This document shows positions 41,372 to 55,733 of a stretch of 64,000 bases of DNA, piece by piece (position 1 is the stretch's first letter; the number at the start of each line of letters is the position of its first letter). The notes beneath the pieces are model-generated. The model saw nothing but the letters and a program-made list of their open reading frames with translations. It was not told where the DNA came from and ran no database searches. A program made the position numbers and the translations under genes. The stretch lies in the NCBI RefSeq assembly GCF_006345805.1, contig NC_043003.1:49910001-49974000 (forward strand), written 5' to 3'. This DNA is from Octopus sinensis (Eukaryota).

Positions 41372-42106
41372 GTACATATATATATATATATACACATACA
41401 TACATACATACATACATACATACATACATACATACAACATACATACATACATACATGTGTGTGTATATATATATATATTTATGTGTGTGTATATTAGTGT
41501 CTGTATCCCCCACATTGCTTGACAACCGATGGTGTGTTTATGTCCCCCTAACTTGGCGGTCCGGCTTAAAAAACTGATAGGATAATTAATAGCTTTAAAA
41601 GTCCTAGAGTCGATTTCTTCTTGTAAGATCCGTTGAGGCTTTGCTCCAGCATGGCCACAGTCAAATGACTGAAGCAAGTTAAAGAATCAAAGAAGAATAT
41701 AATCTTGAGCCGGCCAATGCTCATGAGTGGATTTGCGATGTGTGTGCGTGTGTCTGTCTTTGTGTTTGTATTTACCTCCCCACCTCACCGTATCCGCTTG
41801 GCAACTGGTGTTGGTTTATTTACGTGCCTGTAACCTAGCGGTTCGGTAAAAATGTCCGAAAGAATACAAATCAGGCTTTAAAAGAAAAACAAATAAGTAC
41901 TGGTGGATTGGAATGGATCGACTTGTTCGACAAAAATTCTAAAAGGCAGTGCTCCAGCAAGGCCACAGCAAGGCGTATCACTAAAACAAGTAGAAGATAA
42001 AAGATATACATACATACGTACATACATACATACATACATACATACATACATACATACATACATACATACATACATACATACATACATACATACAAGCACA
42101 CATAAT

Positions 42107-42850
42107 TTCCACTCAAACAGTGATGTAGACTGCCTCTACGTAAAACAAGGCGGTAGAAGCTTAACATCGATCCAAAATGCCTTTGAATGTCGTATCATAT
42201 GCCTTAGGCAACATCTTTTAACCTCCAAGTGTCGAAGTGCATCCCTTGACCAAGTTTGCATACTTGAGGCTGATAACGTCATAAGACTTGGAAAGCAGCT
42301 CCTTGAGCAACATTCCTTGTCTGATAACCTGTATACATACATTCCCAAAGAAGTTGCATGACTCTAACGCAACGCAATTCTCGAAATTTACTAAACGATG
42401 AGCAGAAGACTATGCATGGATATGTAAGTAGAAAGCTGCGAGATGATAGTAGCATTGATAATCAAAGCAGTCCTATCATGGACAAATAGCCGGAATACTA
42501 CCTTCCACTTTGAAGTGTATGCGTTGGCAATCCAGGAACAGGAAATATGAACCAAATACCTGATGCACAAAAGAGATACAGATGCAGGAAAAGCAGTAAA
42601 ACGTGACAACCGATGCAGATTTTGTGGAAGATATCACCTACATCATAAGCAGTTGTCTGAAAATGTCAAAACGGTGCTATCTACCGATGAGACATGATGT
42701 AGCCAGGACATTCTATAATGGAAATCCGTCGGAAGGATAACCCCGAGGACAAAGAAATGAGAACTCACAGTATGGTAGAAGCCACAACCACTCATAATAA
42801 AAAGGAGCTCTGGTGAATGTCCCAGAGAAGGCTTCAATAAAATGAAACCT
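42107..42850 (+). mobile_element. Decayed R4/Dong-like (RLE) non-LTR retrotransposon, post-RT and CCHC region
   Basis: [61 protein letters not shown]. Confidence 0.85.
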
Positions 42851-44548
42851 TTCAGCATTGATAAAATAAATACCAGTTATGCACTGGGGCCGATGCAATC
42901 GACGTACCCCTCCCCCAAATTTCAGGCTTTGTGTCTATAGTAGAGAGGATTATTATTTTTTGTTGTTTCTGTTTTCTTCTTCTTCTTCTTCCAATCAGGA
43001 CTCACGCCATTAGCCACAAAGAATAATTTCTAATTCGTGCCTACTCTAAGCTACTAAGAATGTGTGTGGCAACTAGAAGATCCACCCACCACACGCGATA
43101 AACTGGCAGTTGCACGGGTGCGAAAGCTACGCTGTTATCCTCATTCCTTAAACGGTGGCTTTTAATGGGTGGAGAGCTGAAGCATTCTGGCGTACAGAGG
43201 ATTCGCAATCTAGACTAGGGTCTGAAAGTTTACCACACCATAGTGGGTTACACCATGGTTCCTCTGCTTTGTGGCAGAAGTAGGAAGAAAGAATGAGAGA
43301 AAGTTGTGGTGAAAGAGTACAGCGGGGTTCACCCCCCACCCACCGGAGCCTCGTGGAGCTTATGTGTTTTTGCTCAATAAACACTTAGAATACCCGGTCT
43401 GGGAATCGAAACCGCATTCTTACGCTCGCGAGTCCGCTGCCCTAACCACTGGGCCATTGCGCCTCCACTGCTGTTGTTGTCGTTGACGTCGTCGTCGTTG
43501 TTGTTAATGTTTCTTGACCTGACAAGAAGTCTCTACACATTATTCTTGTAACAGGGATCATTTTCTTTCGTTCCGATTTCTTTTCTGTGTCGTATTGCAA
43601 AGATCATTACAAAGTTGAGAAATTATTGGAATGATTATTTTCTGTCTAATTTGGTAAAAGGCACTCTTTTTTTTTTCACACACGTATGCGCACTGATATC
43701 AAGCAACAAAAAAAGAATATGAACACTTGTATTTTGCATTAAGAGGAAAACCCATTTCTCAAAAGTTGTTAACCTTGTGTCTAATTAAGAAACTAATGTG
43801 GCAAAACCCTTATTATTTATTTATTTAATTTTTAATTTTTTTCAAAGATTCTCTAAATTAATGATTAACTTTTGTGAATACTTTTAATATTTAGGTGACT
43901 CTTTCTGTTTTAATTCGTTTGCAATTTACTAAAGAAACGCGAACGCTAAGTTTTCTCTTGATTAATTTTCTTTCTTAGATATTTTGAACAGGTTATTGTG
44001 TCAACTGATATTCAACGTGTTTATGTCAGTAAAACACGCTGCCAAAGTAGGTAAAAGTAAAACCAAAAACAAAAATGAAAAACATACTATTAATGAAAAT
44101 ACATACACTCTTGCAAAAAAATATCGTGCTAAATCTTATTGTTATAGCAATAAACACTACCAAAGTTAGCGAAATTCACAACTTACTTAATACCAGCAAC
44201 AGTGCAAAGTTGTAAATGTTTCCCCTACCAAATTAAGACAACTACAGGCTAACTAGTTGTTGCGTATTTGCTTGTAATAACAAGCAAACTTTGAGCATGA
44301 ACAAGCTGGCAAGGAAGTATGTATTTGACAAAATTTTGTATCAAAAATAAATGTATCACTACAGGTGTATTTTACCCTTACCAAAATCCGAGCAGGTTTT
44401 CTCAAGTTTACAATGGAACAATTAGAGGAGCAAACCATCAAGAACATTCCAAACAATATCTCGTCCACAGATGGAGGGAAGAATAATGGAAACTGAGCAC
44501 GAGGTGGTGAGACACCACCGACCCATCAATATACTGGTATCGCAATAC

Positions 44549-44583
<35 letters not shown>

Positions 44584-44880
44584 TGGTCTTATTTTTATAA
44601 CGTGCTTTCACTGCACTACCGAGCGCAGCTCTGTGTGCCTTGGGTATGTGCTGTGGTTTGCTGTGATGCACTTATGGTTACTGCATTGAAAGTGTTTTGT
44701 GTAGGATGTCTGCAGTGCCTAGTAGTGCTATTTATTGTATGTTATATATATATCTGTTAGTCCTAGTGTTTTTGTTATGTATTTGAATATTTTTCATCAT
44801 ACCTAATGTACCCACTATGATAGGAATTTTTCTGTTTTTAAACTCCACATTCGAGTTACCTCTATTTCCAGGTCTTTGTA
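44549..44880 (-). mobile_element. R4/Dong-like LINE 3' end with (TAA)n tail
   Basis: YKDLEIEVTRMWSLKT..PIIVGTLG..IQ*IALLGTADILHKTL, then 3' UTR and (TAA)n. Confidence 0.85.
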
Positions 44881-45195
44881 TTATCATCATCATCATCATC
44901 ATTGATTTGGCTCAGATTTTTTTTCTTATTCTTGATAGAATTTATAGATTATAGATTACGACTGTAATCTTAGGTATCCACAATCTTTCAATAGTCTTTC
45001 AAGTGCTTAAGACTATCCAGATAATTTTTCCTATCCCTAAGAGGCAAGTTTACTGTAGAAGCTCTACAGGGCATTCTATTCCAATTTTCTTCAGCTATTT
45101 GTCTATATCTCTAGTTACAGTTCTCAATGCACCAATTACTATAAGCACAACTTTTACAATTTTCATATTCCAAATTCATGCAATTTCAAATTTTA
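44881..45195 (-). mobile_element. Second R4/Dong-like subfamily 3' end
   Basis: LKFEIA*IWNMKIVKVVLIVIGALRTVTRDIDK*LKKIGIECPVELLQ*TCLLG; (ATG)n-type tail at ~44885-44902. Confidence 0.8.
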
Positions 45196-46049
45196 AGGGT
45201 ATAGAAAAAGAGGTTGTGTTGTGGACGAGGTTGAAAGGATTAAAAACAGACACTTTCCTCTTCAGCCAACTTCCACTTCGGCCAACTCAGCAACTTGGAA
45301 AGGACAGTGCGGGTGGAGAGGAAAATACACTCTCCCAGTGGTTTTATTGAAGAGTGGGTGACAGTGGATAAAATAGGATGAATGAATCTGTTCTAAGTAC
45401 GTACTTGAAGATTGGAGAAAAACATTTGGGAAATGACTTGCGCTTTTGGAAGTCAGTGTCATCCAGAATATGTGAGGTTCATTGAATGGTCCTGGTTGCA
45501 GGTTCTGTTGTATCAAGAGGACTGCATCATAGATGTGTTGACATATTTTGCACACTTTGTATGCTTTTATCCTCATTTCATCCTCCTCTCCCTCTCTTCA
45601 CCTTATCTTTTATGTAAACCTACACACCACAAATTTTAATTTTAATCTCCCCCTAGTCCGATGTCGCTGTGGAAAATAAAGAAACCATCATCATCATCAT
45701 CGTCATTGTCGTCGTCATCATTATCATCATCGTTATCATTATTCGATTCTCGTAGTGTGAAGATGTTCTGCTTCTTTGAGGCACCTTTTATTCAAGCATC
45801 ATCAAATGAAAATTTCTTTGGCGTATTTAAAAAAATAACTGCAACTATCTGAGGGCGACCTGCCTACGATACCCAGAGATATGCATCAAAATAATGGTTT
45901 GTTTTACAAACTTTAAAACTTTTATTTGCACTCGTAAAATTTTCTCATCCAAAATGGCTACCACACATCATTATGCAATATGAATAAGTACTACAATGGC
46001 TCTAAATAATAACACAACATTTTAACAACTAACTAAATGCACAAAAGGA

Positions 46050-47050
46050 AGAAGGAAACGAACAGTATAGAGAAAAATTAATAGGTAGAAGTTTACCAAA
46101 TATTCAAATAATTAATTTGGAATACAATAAGAGTAATGAAAAGTGCAATATCGACTCTTTCACGATTTCGAATACTGAAGTTCTGTCATACAGCAGAAAA
46201 ATGAAGACAAACCTTATTTCAAGATAAAATGAACATATAGAATTCTTAGATCTATTACCTTTACAATAATAAACCTGTTCAGAGGAGAATTTTATGAAAC
46301 CTAAAGGCATTTCTTTGCCACAAGAGCTAATGCTGGGGAAAACAAAGGGAAAAATTGTATGTGTTTGCTTGCGAAAAGACGGAACTGAATTAAATTTTCA
46401 CTCACACCAAGTACTAAAACAAGGTCCTTGACATATCGTTAGAAATACCCAACTGAAAAGGGAAAAGCTATGGTGCCATTTTTGTATCTTTAGAACTGAA
46501 GATTCAAGTCAAAAACAGGCTGAAATTATCAGACATACCTTCTAATATGCATTTGTGCCCCAGTACATGGATCAAAAGAATACAAATGTCACAATAAGAG
46601 ACCTTCGAACACGACAGGAATACATAGCCAGCTGTGCTTTTATCTCGCAATATGGAGTGGGCGGCGCAAGTTAGTCAAAGCAGACTTAACAAAAAGTAAC
46701 ATGTGGTTAATGAGCGTAGGATTCCCTTGCAAGTCCTAATATAACTCAAAAGCCACGGAACCATACCCGACTTGTGTCGACTAGAAGGAATCGTGACAAA
46801 GGGTATACGATTAATGATACAGGGTAGAAGGTCTAAGTGTTACCTTTGTCGAAGCTGATGGTCTGGAAAAAGCCTGGAAAGATTAAGGAAAAAGGAAACA
46901 CAAGGAAAGCGAAAATAATTAAAATCAGCCGCAACAATTTCCAGAGTACCAGCTGCCAGAACTCTTGGAATTGCAAAGGAAATATGTTTAGACCCGGTAT
47001 CACAGACAGATAAGCAAACACCGCGTCCCCTAACAGTAGCAACCTATAGT
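46050..47050 (+). mobile_element. Probable decayed LINE ORF1 (L1/Tx1-like zinc-knuckle protein)
   Basis: IPDLCRLEGIVTKGIRLMIQGRRSKCYLCRS resembles the .EGR.P.C..C...GH ORF1 knuckle; many stops. Confidence 0.45.
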
Positions 47051-47370
47051 ACCACGCCATCGAGCAATAAGGAAGAAATATTTACAGATGAAAATTCCCA
47101 ATGAAAATAGAGATAAAAGAATAAAAAACAAAGAGTCGCAGAAAAGGAAGACTCAACAAAAGAAAGAGAACAAAAAGGGAATAATTTTTTTTCTAAACGA
47201 CAACGAAATTTTCATACATCCATTCATATTTATATAACGCCTCTCACTCCTCCATTCGTTTATCTAAACGCATTTCTCTTCATTGTACGTAATGCTTTCC
47301 TTTCTTTGTAACTCCTAGTTTTCACTTTGCATCTCTTCGAAATTTTGCACTTTATAAACCACAAAATATC

Positions 47371-47925
47371 ATTATATTATTATTATATGAGTGAGCGAGC
47401 AGAGCATGCCATCAAAGTGACACTGGGGTAAAATATACGAAGCCCAGTATACCATCATGACTACCCGTCTGATAAGGGTACACCAGGCAATGCATCACAA
47501 CCATATGTGCGCGACATGGTGATCTCATATCAAGATAAACAGCACATGACCTTGCAGGTGGAGCCCAGTTAGAATTTTCTTCAGATCGAGTAACCCATCC
47601 CGCTCAAAAGGTCCCTGAATAAGGGTTGTTTAAGGACGTTGAACGAAACACCCATGTTTCCAGAGGTGAATATTCAAACCCCAAAGAATCCTTCTCAACA
47701 CATGGCTATGATGCTCCCCCACTACTTCTGCTCGTGATCAGAGATTGCACATATCGTCAGCCACTAAGGGACATGCTCAACTGGTTAAGGTCAACAACTG
47801 ACAAGCAAATCTGTGGTATGAGCAGAATATTTGCTGTAGCCCATCTTTTATACCAAGACAAAACAATGTACATGATAACACTTCCAATCAGTTAAGATCA
47901 GAAGCCATGAGAGCACTGCCTGTAC
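47371..47925 (-). mobile_element. Non-coding dispersed element ending in a (TAA)n tail, probably Dong-associated
   Basis: (ATT)n at the left edge; an exact 24-bp inverted match (47457-47480) occurs at 13922-13945. Classification is inferred. Confidence 0.45.
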
Positions 47926-48045
47926 AGACAAAACAATGTACATGATAACACTTCCAAAGACAAAACAATGTACATGATAACACTTCAAGACAAAACAATG
48001 TACATGATAACACTTCAGACAAAACAATGTACATGATAACACTTC
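47926..48045. repeat. Four tandem ~30-bp copies of AGACAAAACAATGTACATGATAACACTTC(CA)
   Basis: Identical to the internal segment 47856-47886 of the adjacent element. Confidence 0.95.
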
Positions 48046-48076
48046 TTCTTCTTCTTCTTCTTATTATTATTATTAC

Positions 48077-48121
<45 letters not shown>

Positions 48122-48122
48122 C

Positions 48123-48178
<56 letters not shown>

Positions 48179-48474
48179 CATTATCATTGTTATTATTATC
48201 ATCATCATCATCATTATTATTATTTTTTTTTCTTCTTCTTTCAAATTTGCTTCCATTTCTTGCCGAGTGTCTTCCCGACTCCTAGGGCAAAGAAACTCAT
48301 AGTATACATTGGTAGGCCATTAAACCAAACTCAGTAGTTCGTTCATTTTTTTTAAAAATTAAAATACTATTATTATTATATTATTATTTATTATTATTAT
48401 TATTATATTATTATTATTTTATTATATTATTATTATATTATTATATTATTATCATTATATTATTATTATTTTTA

Positions 48475-48517
<43 letters not shown>

Positions 48518-48613
48518 TATTATTACTATTATTATTATTATTATTATTATTATTATCATTATTATTCTTATTATTATTATTATTATTATTATTATATTAT
48601 TATTATTATTATA

Positions 48614-48652
<39 letters not shown>

Positions 48653-48836
48653 CATTATCATTGTTATTATTATCATCATCATCATCATTATTATTTTTTT
48701 TCTCTTCTTTCAAATTGCTTCCATTTCTTGCCGAGTGTCTTCCCGACTCCTAGGGCAAAGAAACTCATAGTATACATTGGTAGGCCATTAAACCAAACTC
48801 AGTAGTTCGTTCATTTTTTTTTTTTAATTAAAATAC

Positions 48837-48871
<35 letters not shown>

Positions 48872-48939
48872 TATTATTATTATTATTATTATTATTATCA
48901 TTATCATCATTATTATTATTATTTTTATTTTTATTATTA

Positions 48940-48976
<37 letters not shown>

Positions 48977-49011
48977 TATTATTACTATTATTATTATTAT
49001 TATTATTATTA

Positions 49012-49063
<52 letters not shown>
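48046..49063. repeat. (ATT)n-rich array containing a ~470-bp tandem duplication
   Basis: The unique block CAAATTTGCTTCC..CTCAGTAGTTCGTTCA occurs at ~48242 and ~48711. Confidence 0.9.
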
Positions 49064-49338
49064 CGTTATTGGTATGACTCAGGTTCGGTCTTATTCTTGG
49101 TAGGACTTATGGGGGTAGTGGATTACTACCTGTAACCTTACGTGTTCACAAGTTTTCAGAAGTGTTTGTGGTGCTTACAACCCTCTTGATAATCCTTGCT
49201 GACCCTCATTGACTTACTTTCTGTAGGAGCTCTACCGGGCATTTTATTCCAATCCCCTTCAGCCGTTTGTCTATATTTTTTGCTTTCTGTTCCCAACGCA
49301 CCAATTATTATAGGCACGACTATGACAGATAAGTCCCA
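49064..49338 (-). mobile_element. R4/Dong-like 3' end, same subfamily as 44881-45195
   Basis: VIVVPIIIGALGT..IDKRLKGIGIKCPVELLQK; abuts the (ATT)n array. Confidence 0.8.
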
Positions 49339-49446
49339 AATTAGGATCGAAACAGAGAATCAGGTGGTTGTTAAGCGAACTTCTTAAGTACGTGGCCTTC
49401 GCTAAACACATACACACGCGTAGATACACATGTATTTATGCGTGCA

Positions 49447-49504
<58 letters not shown>

Positions 49505-52456
49505 GTGTGTGTGTGTGTGTTTGCACGCGCGCGAGAGATAATTTGGCTTCTTATTTCGTTATGGAAGCATTATTTGTTCTGAACATTGAGAAAATAAACA
49601 GATCCGAAATAACAAGTTGTCAGAACGCCACAGACGCACGCATACGCACGCATACGCACTCATTTAGACACGTATACATTGCACGCATTGAAATTCAACA
49701 GATTCTGGAAGAAGTCACTCCGAGCGTACATTGATTATCTCCCTTAATAGAAATAAGAAAACTATTCAAGAAGTAAAGGAGAAACGCACACTCGCCAAAA
49801 CAAGCTCCAAATCAACAAATTTCATATTTATTTCTACAATTTCTGTTATATTCTTTCGTTTATTCCATTCTGTTATGCAGTTGTTGGAGTAAATATTCTG
49901 GCTTCCTTTTTCCTACGGTTTTACTATTTTTAATTCTTTTCTCTCTTATTGGTTAACTATTCTCTTTTTTTTTTTGTCTTGTTCCAAAGAATTTCTTGGA
50001 GATGGAAATAGTTGGATGAGAGACAGAGAAAGAAAAATAGAAGGAAGCAATAAAGTAAAGAAGATGGACATGAGAGAGAAGAACAGAGGAAACAGAGAGA
50101 AAGAGATTTATATTGAACAATAAAAGAGAATTGTGTTGTGGAAGAGAGAAAGAGAAAAGAGAGAAGAGAAAACGGATAGAACTTTCTACGTAAAGCACAA
50201 ATTTATGGGTGTATATCTCGACATATATCTATGTGTGTATAATATGTACTAACTATATATGACAACTATAAATGTATAACTACATATATATATATACGTA
50301 TGTATGTATGTATGTATGTATGTATGTATGTATGTATGTATGTATGTATGTATGTATTTATGTATATATATATAGAGAGAGGGAGAGAGCCACAGACATA
50401 TATATATATACATATATCTATGTTTGTATATATATGTGTGTGTGTGTATATATATATATATATTTACACACATACACATTCATGCATACACACACATACG
50501 TATATATATGTATATATATGTATATATACATACATATATGTAAACATATTTATATATATATATATACATAAACACACATACATATATACATATATTTATA
50601 TATATATATATATACATATATATACATGCATACATATATACATGCATGCATACATACATACATACATACATACATACATACATACATACATACATACATA
50701 CATACGTACATACATATATATATACATACATATATGAATAATCAGAAATATATATTAAAGCCAGAATCCACTGGAGTGCTTCATTAACTAGATTTAGGGT
50801 GATATAATGTAGCACAATAATATAACATAAAGAATAGCTGAATAACAAAACGATGCAATGCGTCTAACAGAATCAAATATTTATTTTACCGGGACACAAT
50901 TGTCTTTCTTCAAATTGATTGCATTCCTAGGGACATAACCAGAACTCTTGTCAGCCGGAAATTAACATGAGAAATTCGAATTTTCCTTGAAATTATGTAC
51001 ACACTCAACAAGAAATACCTTACGCATGAAATGTGGATCTTCGGTTGAAATTTCGAAGAATTCAAATCTCATATTTTTAGTCTGAGAATTTCTGCCATCA
51101 GGTGTCTCAGCTGTGTAGTTTTACATATATTCAGAGTAATTAATATAAAATTAAGTTTAAGGCGGCGAGCTGGCCGAAACGTTAGTCCTCTCTGTGTTTA
51201 GCCCCTTGTAGGTAGTATAAAGAAATAGGTATTTCGTCTGCCGCTACGTTCTGAGTTCAAATTCCGCCGAGTTCGACTTTGCTTTTCATCCCTTCAGCGC
51301 CGATAAATTAAGTACCAGTTGCGTACTGGAGTCGATCTAATCGACTGGTACCCTCACCCAGAATTTCCGGCCTTATGCCTAGAGCAGAAAAGAATATAAA
51401 TTAAAATTTAAAGAATCATCTGGAATGCATTTAAAACACTAACCCATGGCAACAGTCCTTGGGTGGAGGCGCATGTTATTGTGGTTAGGGTGTTGGACTC
51501 ATGATCGTAAGATGTTATTTCGATTCCTGGACTGGGCAGTGCATTGTGTTTTTGAGCAAAACATTTCATTTCCTGTTGCCCCAGTCCACTCAGCTGGCAA
51601 AAATGAGTAATCCTGTGACAGACCGATGTCTTGTCTAGGTTGGAAATCTATATGCCATGGAAACCAGGAAACTGACCGTCATGATCCTGGCATGACTCGA
51701 GCAGGTAGAAGGAAGGTAATAAATCAATAAACCAGTATTTTCTAACATGCAGAAGTCACTTCACAACCGTCACAATTTTTAGTTCGATTCCACGAAATGC
51801 AATCTTGTGTGGGAGGCGCATGGCTTAGTGGTTAGGGTGTCAGCCCCATGATTGTAAGATTGTGGTTTCGATTCATGGACCGGGCGACGCGCTGTTCTTG
51901 AGCAAAACACTTCATTTCACGTTGCTTCAGTCGACTCAGCTGTCAAAAATGAGCAACGCTGCGATGGACTGGCGTCCCCTCCAGTTGGGGAATATATACG
52001 CCATAGAAACCGGGAAACCGGTCCCATGAACCTGGATAGGCTTTACAAGGGCGCATTTATTTTGTGGAGGTACATAGCCTAGTGGTTACAGCAGCGGACT
52101 CGCGGTCGAGGGATCGCGAGTTTGAATCTCAGACCGGGCGATGTGTGTATTTATGAGCGAAGCACCTAAACCCCACGCGGCTCCGGCAGAAGGTAATGGC
52201 AAAACTTCTGCTGACTCTTTCGCCACAACTTTCTCTCACTCTTTCCTCCTGCATCTTGCATCTCACCTGCGACGGACTGGCGTCCCGTCCAGGTGGGGAA
52301 CCTATACGCCAATGAAACCGGCCCTTATGAGCCAGGCATGGCTCGAGAAGGAACAAATCTTGTGCGCGCGCACATACATACACGCACACTTAGTATCTAT
52401 ACATATATGAGTGAACATGCTTGCGTCTGTGAGTGCATGTATATATTCATACATAT

Positions 52457-52487
<31 letters not shown>

Positions 52488-52585
52488 TATATATATTTAT
52501 ATATATATGCTCCTACGTATATTTGCACATACGTGTGTATTGTCTCTCTCCTTATATATATATATATTTATATATATACATACAT

Positions 52586-52653
<68 letters not shown>

Positions 52654-53122
52654 TTATATAAATAAGGATTAGATCGTTAATTTAAATATCGATCTTATCA
52701 AATGGCCAACATGGGAATAAAAACCTTCAAAGGTAATAATAATTATTATTATTATATTAATAATAATATATATATAAATTATGATGATGATGATGATGAT
52801 GAATATGATGATGATGATGGTGATGATGATAATGATGATGATGATGATGATGATAAGGAGGAGGAGGGGAATACAAATTTATAAATATTCAAACCTGAAA
52901 TTAGGTGGATGGCTGCAAGAAATTTTGTGCTTTAATAGATATACTTAAGTTAATTAGAATTTATTATTCATTCAATCATTCATGTATGCATGCATGTATG
53001 TCATTATTCAGTTTTATTTCAAGATTTCTTGCCAGTAGAGAAGGAGCCGGTTTCTATCCTAGATCCAAGGTTCCTTCAATGGAATTTCAACATCAGTAAC
53101 AGGGTATTTTTGTATGTTTGTA

Positions 53123-53158
<36 letters not shown>

Positions 53159-53459
53159 TGTATGTATGTATGTATGCGCAGATTTGTATGCTTTATGTAT
53201 GTATTCTCATGCCACAGTTACATATCTAGACATGCTCATATATATTCAAATGATAAAACTCTGCAAAGTTTTGCAACTTTTTACAGTTCCAGTGATGGAT
53301 TGGATCTGTAGTCTTCGAATTAGCCTTCTCCTTTCTCGTTTTGAGAAGCCTAATTTCTCAAGATTGGTATTTAGGCAGCGTGTTACATATCCCTATGTAT
53401 GTATGTATGTATGTATGTATGTATGTATGTATGTATGTATGTATGTATGTATGTATATA

Positions 53460-53935
53460 TGTGTGTGTATGCATATGTATATATGTGTGTGTATGCATAT
53501 GTATATATGTATGTGTGTGCATCTGTATATATGTATCCTGCATATTCATGTGTTTGCATGCCCATGTTTGTGTATTTTCTATGTATGTGTGAGTATGTCT
53601 CCTTGTGTGTGCATGTCTGTGTGTGTGTGTGTTTTGCAACTATGTACTATGTTTGTATGTATGTATGTAGTATGTATGTATGTATGTAGTATGTATGTAT
53701 GTATGTATGTATGTTTGTATGTATGCATGTATGCATGTATGTATATATGTGTGTGTATGCATATGTATATATGTATGTGTGTGCATCTGTATATATGTAT
53801 CCTGCATATTCATGTGTTTGCATGCCCATGTTTGTGTATTTTCTATGTATGTGTGAGTATGTCTCCTTGTGTGTGCATGTCTGTGTGTGTGTGTGTGTTT
53901 TGCAACTATGTACTATGTTTGTATGTATGGATGTG
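53460..53935. repeat. Tandem duplication (period ~264 bp) of a cryptically simple RY element
   Basis: GTATCCTGCATATTCATG at 53533 and 53797; diverged inverted homolog at ~22504-22760. Confidence 0.85.
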
Positions 53936-54304
53936 TATCTCTATAGGTGTGGGTCCGTGTTCCCATATGATTTCAGTTAACCTTCTACGTTTGGTTATAT
54001 ACAACCAAAGGTGAAAGTATGTATATAAAGCGAGAGAGAGGAAGAGGGAGAAAGAGGAAGATAGAGGGAGAGAGAGAGCGAGAGGAAGCAAATGCTTAAA
54101 GTAATGGAAGAAATAATTGTTCAAAGAAAATATTTTATAAAGCTAATCAACTTTGGAATTCAGAAAGCGAAACAAATTAACTAAAAATAGAAAAACGTGG
54201 TTCCTTATATCTCATTCCCAAAAGTGTTGAAATCTTCAACATCAGCTATATAAAGGAACCAATATTATTACAGGAACAAAGAAAAGAAAACTGTCTTTAA
54301 AAAA

Positions 54305-54735
54305 CATCCAATCATAAGTAAGAGACAAGCAAAATCTCTAAAAAAGATATTAACCACTGCAAATCCGCACACAATAATTACAGATTTTACAGAAAATGCA
54401 ACCGAGCAAACTGTGGATGAAGTATGAACCTTAAATATCTCTTCAGAGAGGGTCCTACAATCAAAAACAACTTTTCTTGCAATTCAGGCAACTTATAACA
54501 TTTAAAGACCGCGATGGACTATATTGGACAAACGGATTGAACCTCATGAAAAGAATGACAGTATATCGCCAACAGATCAGGGGATCATATACATGGTCAA
54601 CATATAGGAAATTGTCGGTGACGGGTTTTACAATTCCGTCTTCCCAGTCTACCAGTGTGGTGACTCTGAGCCGAAACTGCAACGAAACAATAAATATATT
54701 TTATTAACAAATACCAGCCAAAACTTAATGCATAA
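54305..54735 (+). mobile_element. Decayed Penelope-like element, GIY-YIG endonuclease C-terminus
   Basis: SKRQAKSLKKILT..KCNRANCG..NNFSCNSGNL..YIGQT..MKRMTVYRQQIR..FINKYQPKLNA* across frameshifts. Confidence 0.8.
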
Positions 54736-55733
54736 TGCTATAATTATCATACATCACGCAATATTTTCAAAAGACAAAAAGAATTCTAACCTCTATGAAC
54801 ATAATTTGTGGATAAGGTAAACTTTTCGTGAAAACAGAAAACTTACTTTATATTTTTATCTGATATTTAATGACCGCAGCCTCACTCACGCAGTACAAAA
54901 AAACCCACTTTAAATGAAAATAATAACCAATATTTATATACTTACAAAAATAACATACGTGACATGAAACACAAAGAGTTTTTCTTCGTGTTCAGATTGT
55001 GTGTGTATATAAGTACGCGATGTATATGTTTTGGCTATTTATATACAAGCAGTATTAGTATAAAATAGCAATACGTGTCTCATCATAAATTCAGATACAC
55101 CATGAAAGACTAAATTTATTGCGGTATTAGTGTTGAGGTAATGTCTCTTATGGAGACATTTACATTTTTACATTCATACGTAAGTATATGCATCAGTGTA
55201 TGTATGTATGTATGTATGTATGTATGTATGTATGTATGTTGTATGTATGTATGTATGTATGCATTATGTAAGTATGCATGCATGTATGTGTGTTTGAACG
55301 TACGTATATATATATATGTAATGCTCCAGCATTGCCGCAGTCAAATGACTGAAACAAAACAATAAAGGAATACGCGTGTGCCTTAATGCCTGTGTTTGTG
55401 CCAGCACCACCGCTTGATAGCCGGTGTTGGTATGGTTATGTCCCTGTAACGTAGCGGTTCGGCAAAGATAAAAGATACATATACATACTACATATATATA
55501 TATAATATATATATAATATATATATAATATATATATATAATATATATATGAATAAATATATATATGATATATATATAATATATAATATATTGATATTATA
55601 TATATATATATATAGCAATTAAGGACAACTACTTAATAAGGAAAACTAACAAGAAATTGTCAGGTAGATAGCGTAAAAACCTCATAAGAGAAAAAATTTG
55701 AAATAATTATCTTATTGAACATATTAATTATTA

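Noticed and set aside
45240-45580. Possible Gypsy RNase H remnant on the minus strand
   Set aside because: The similarity is too vague to support by eye.
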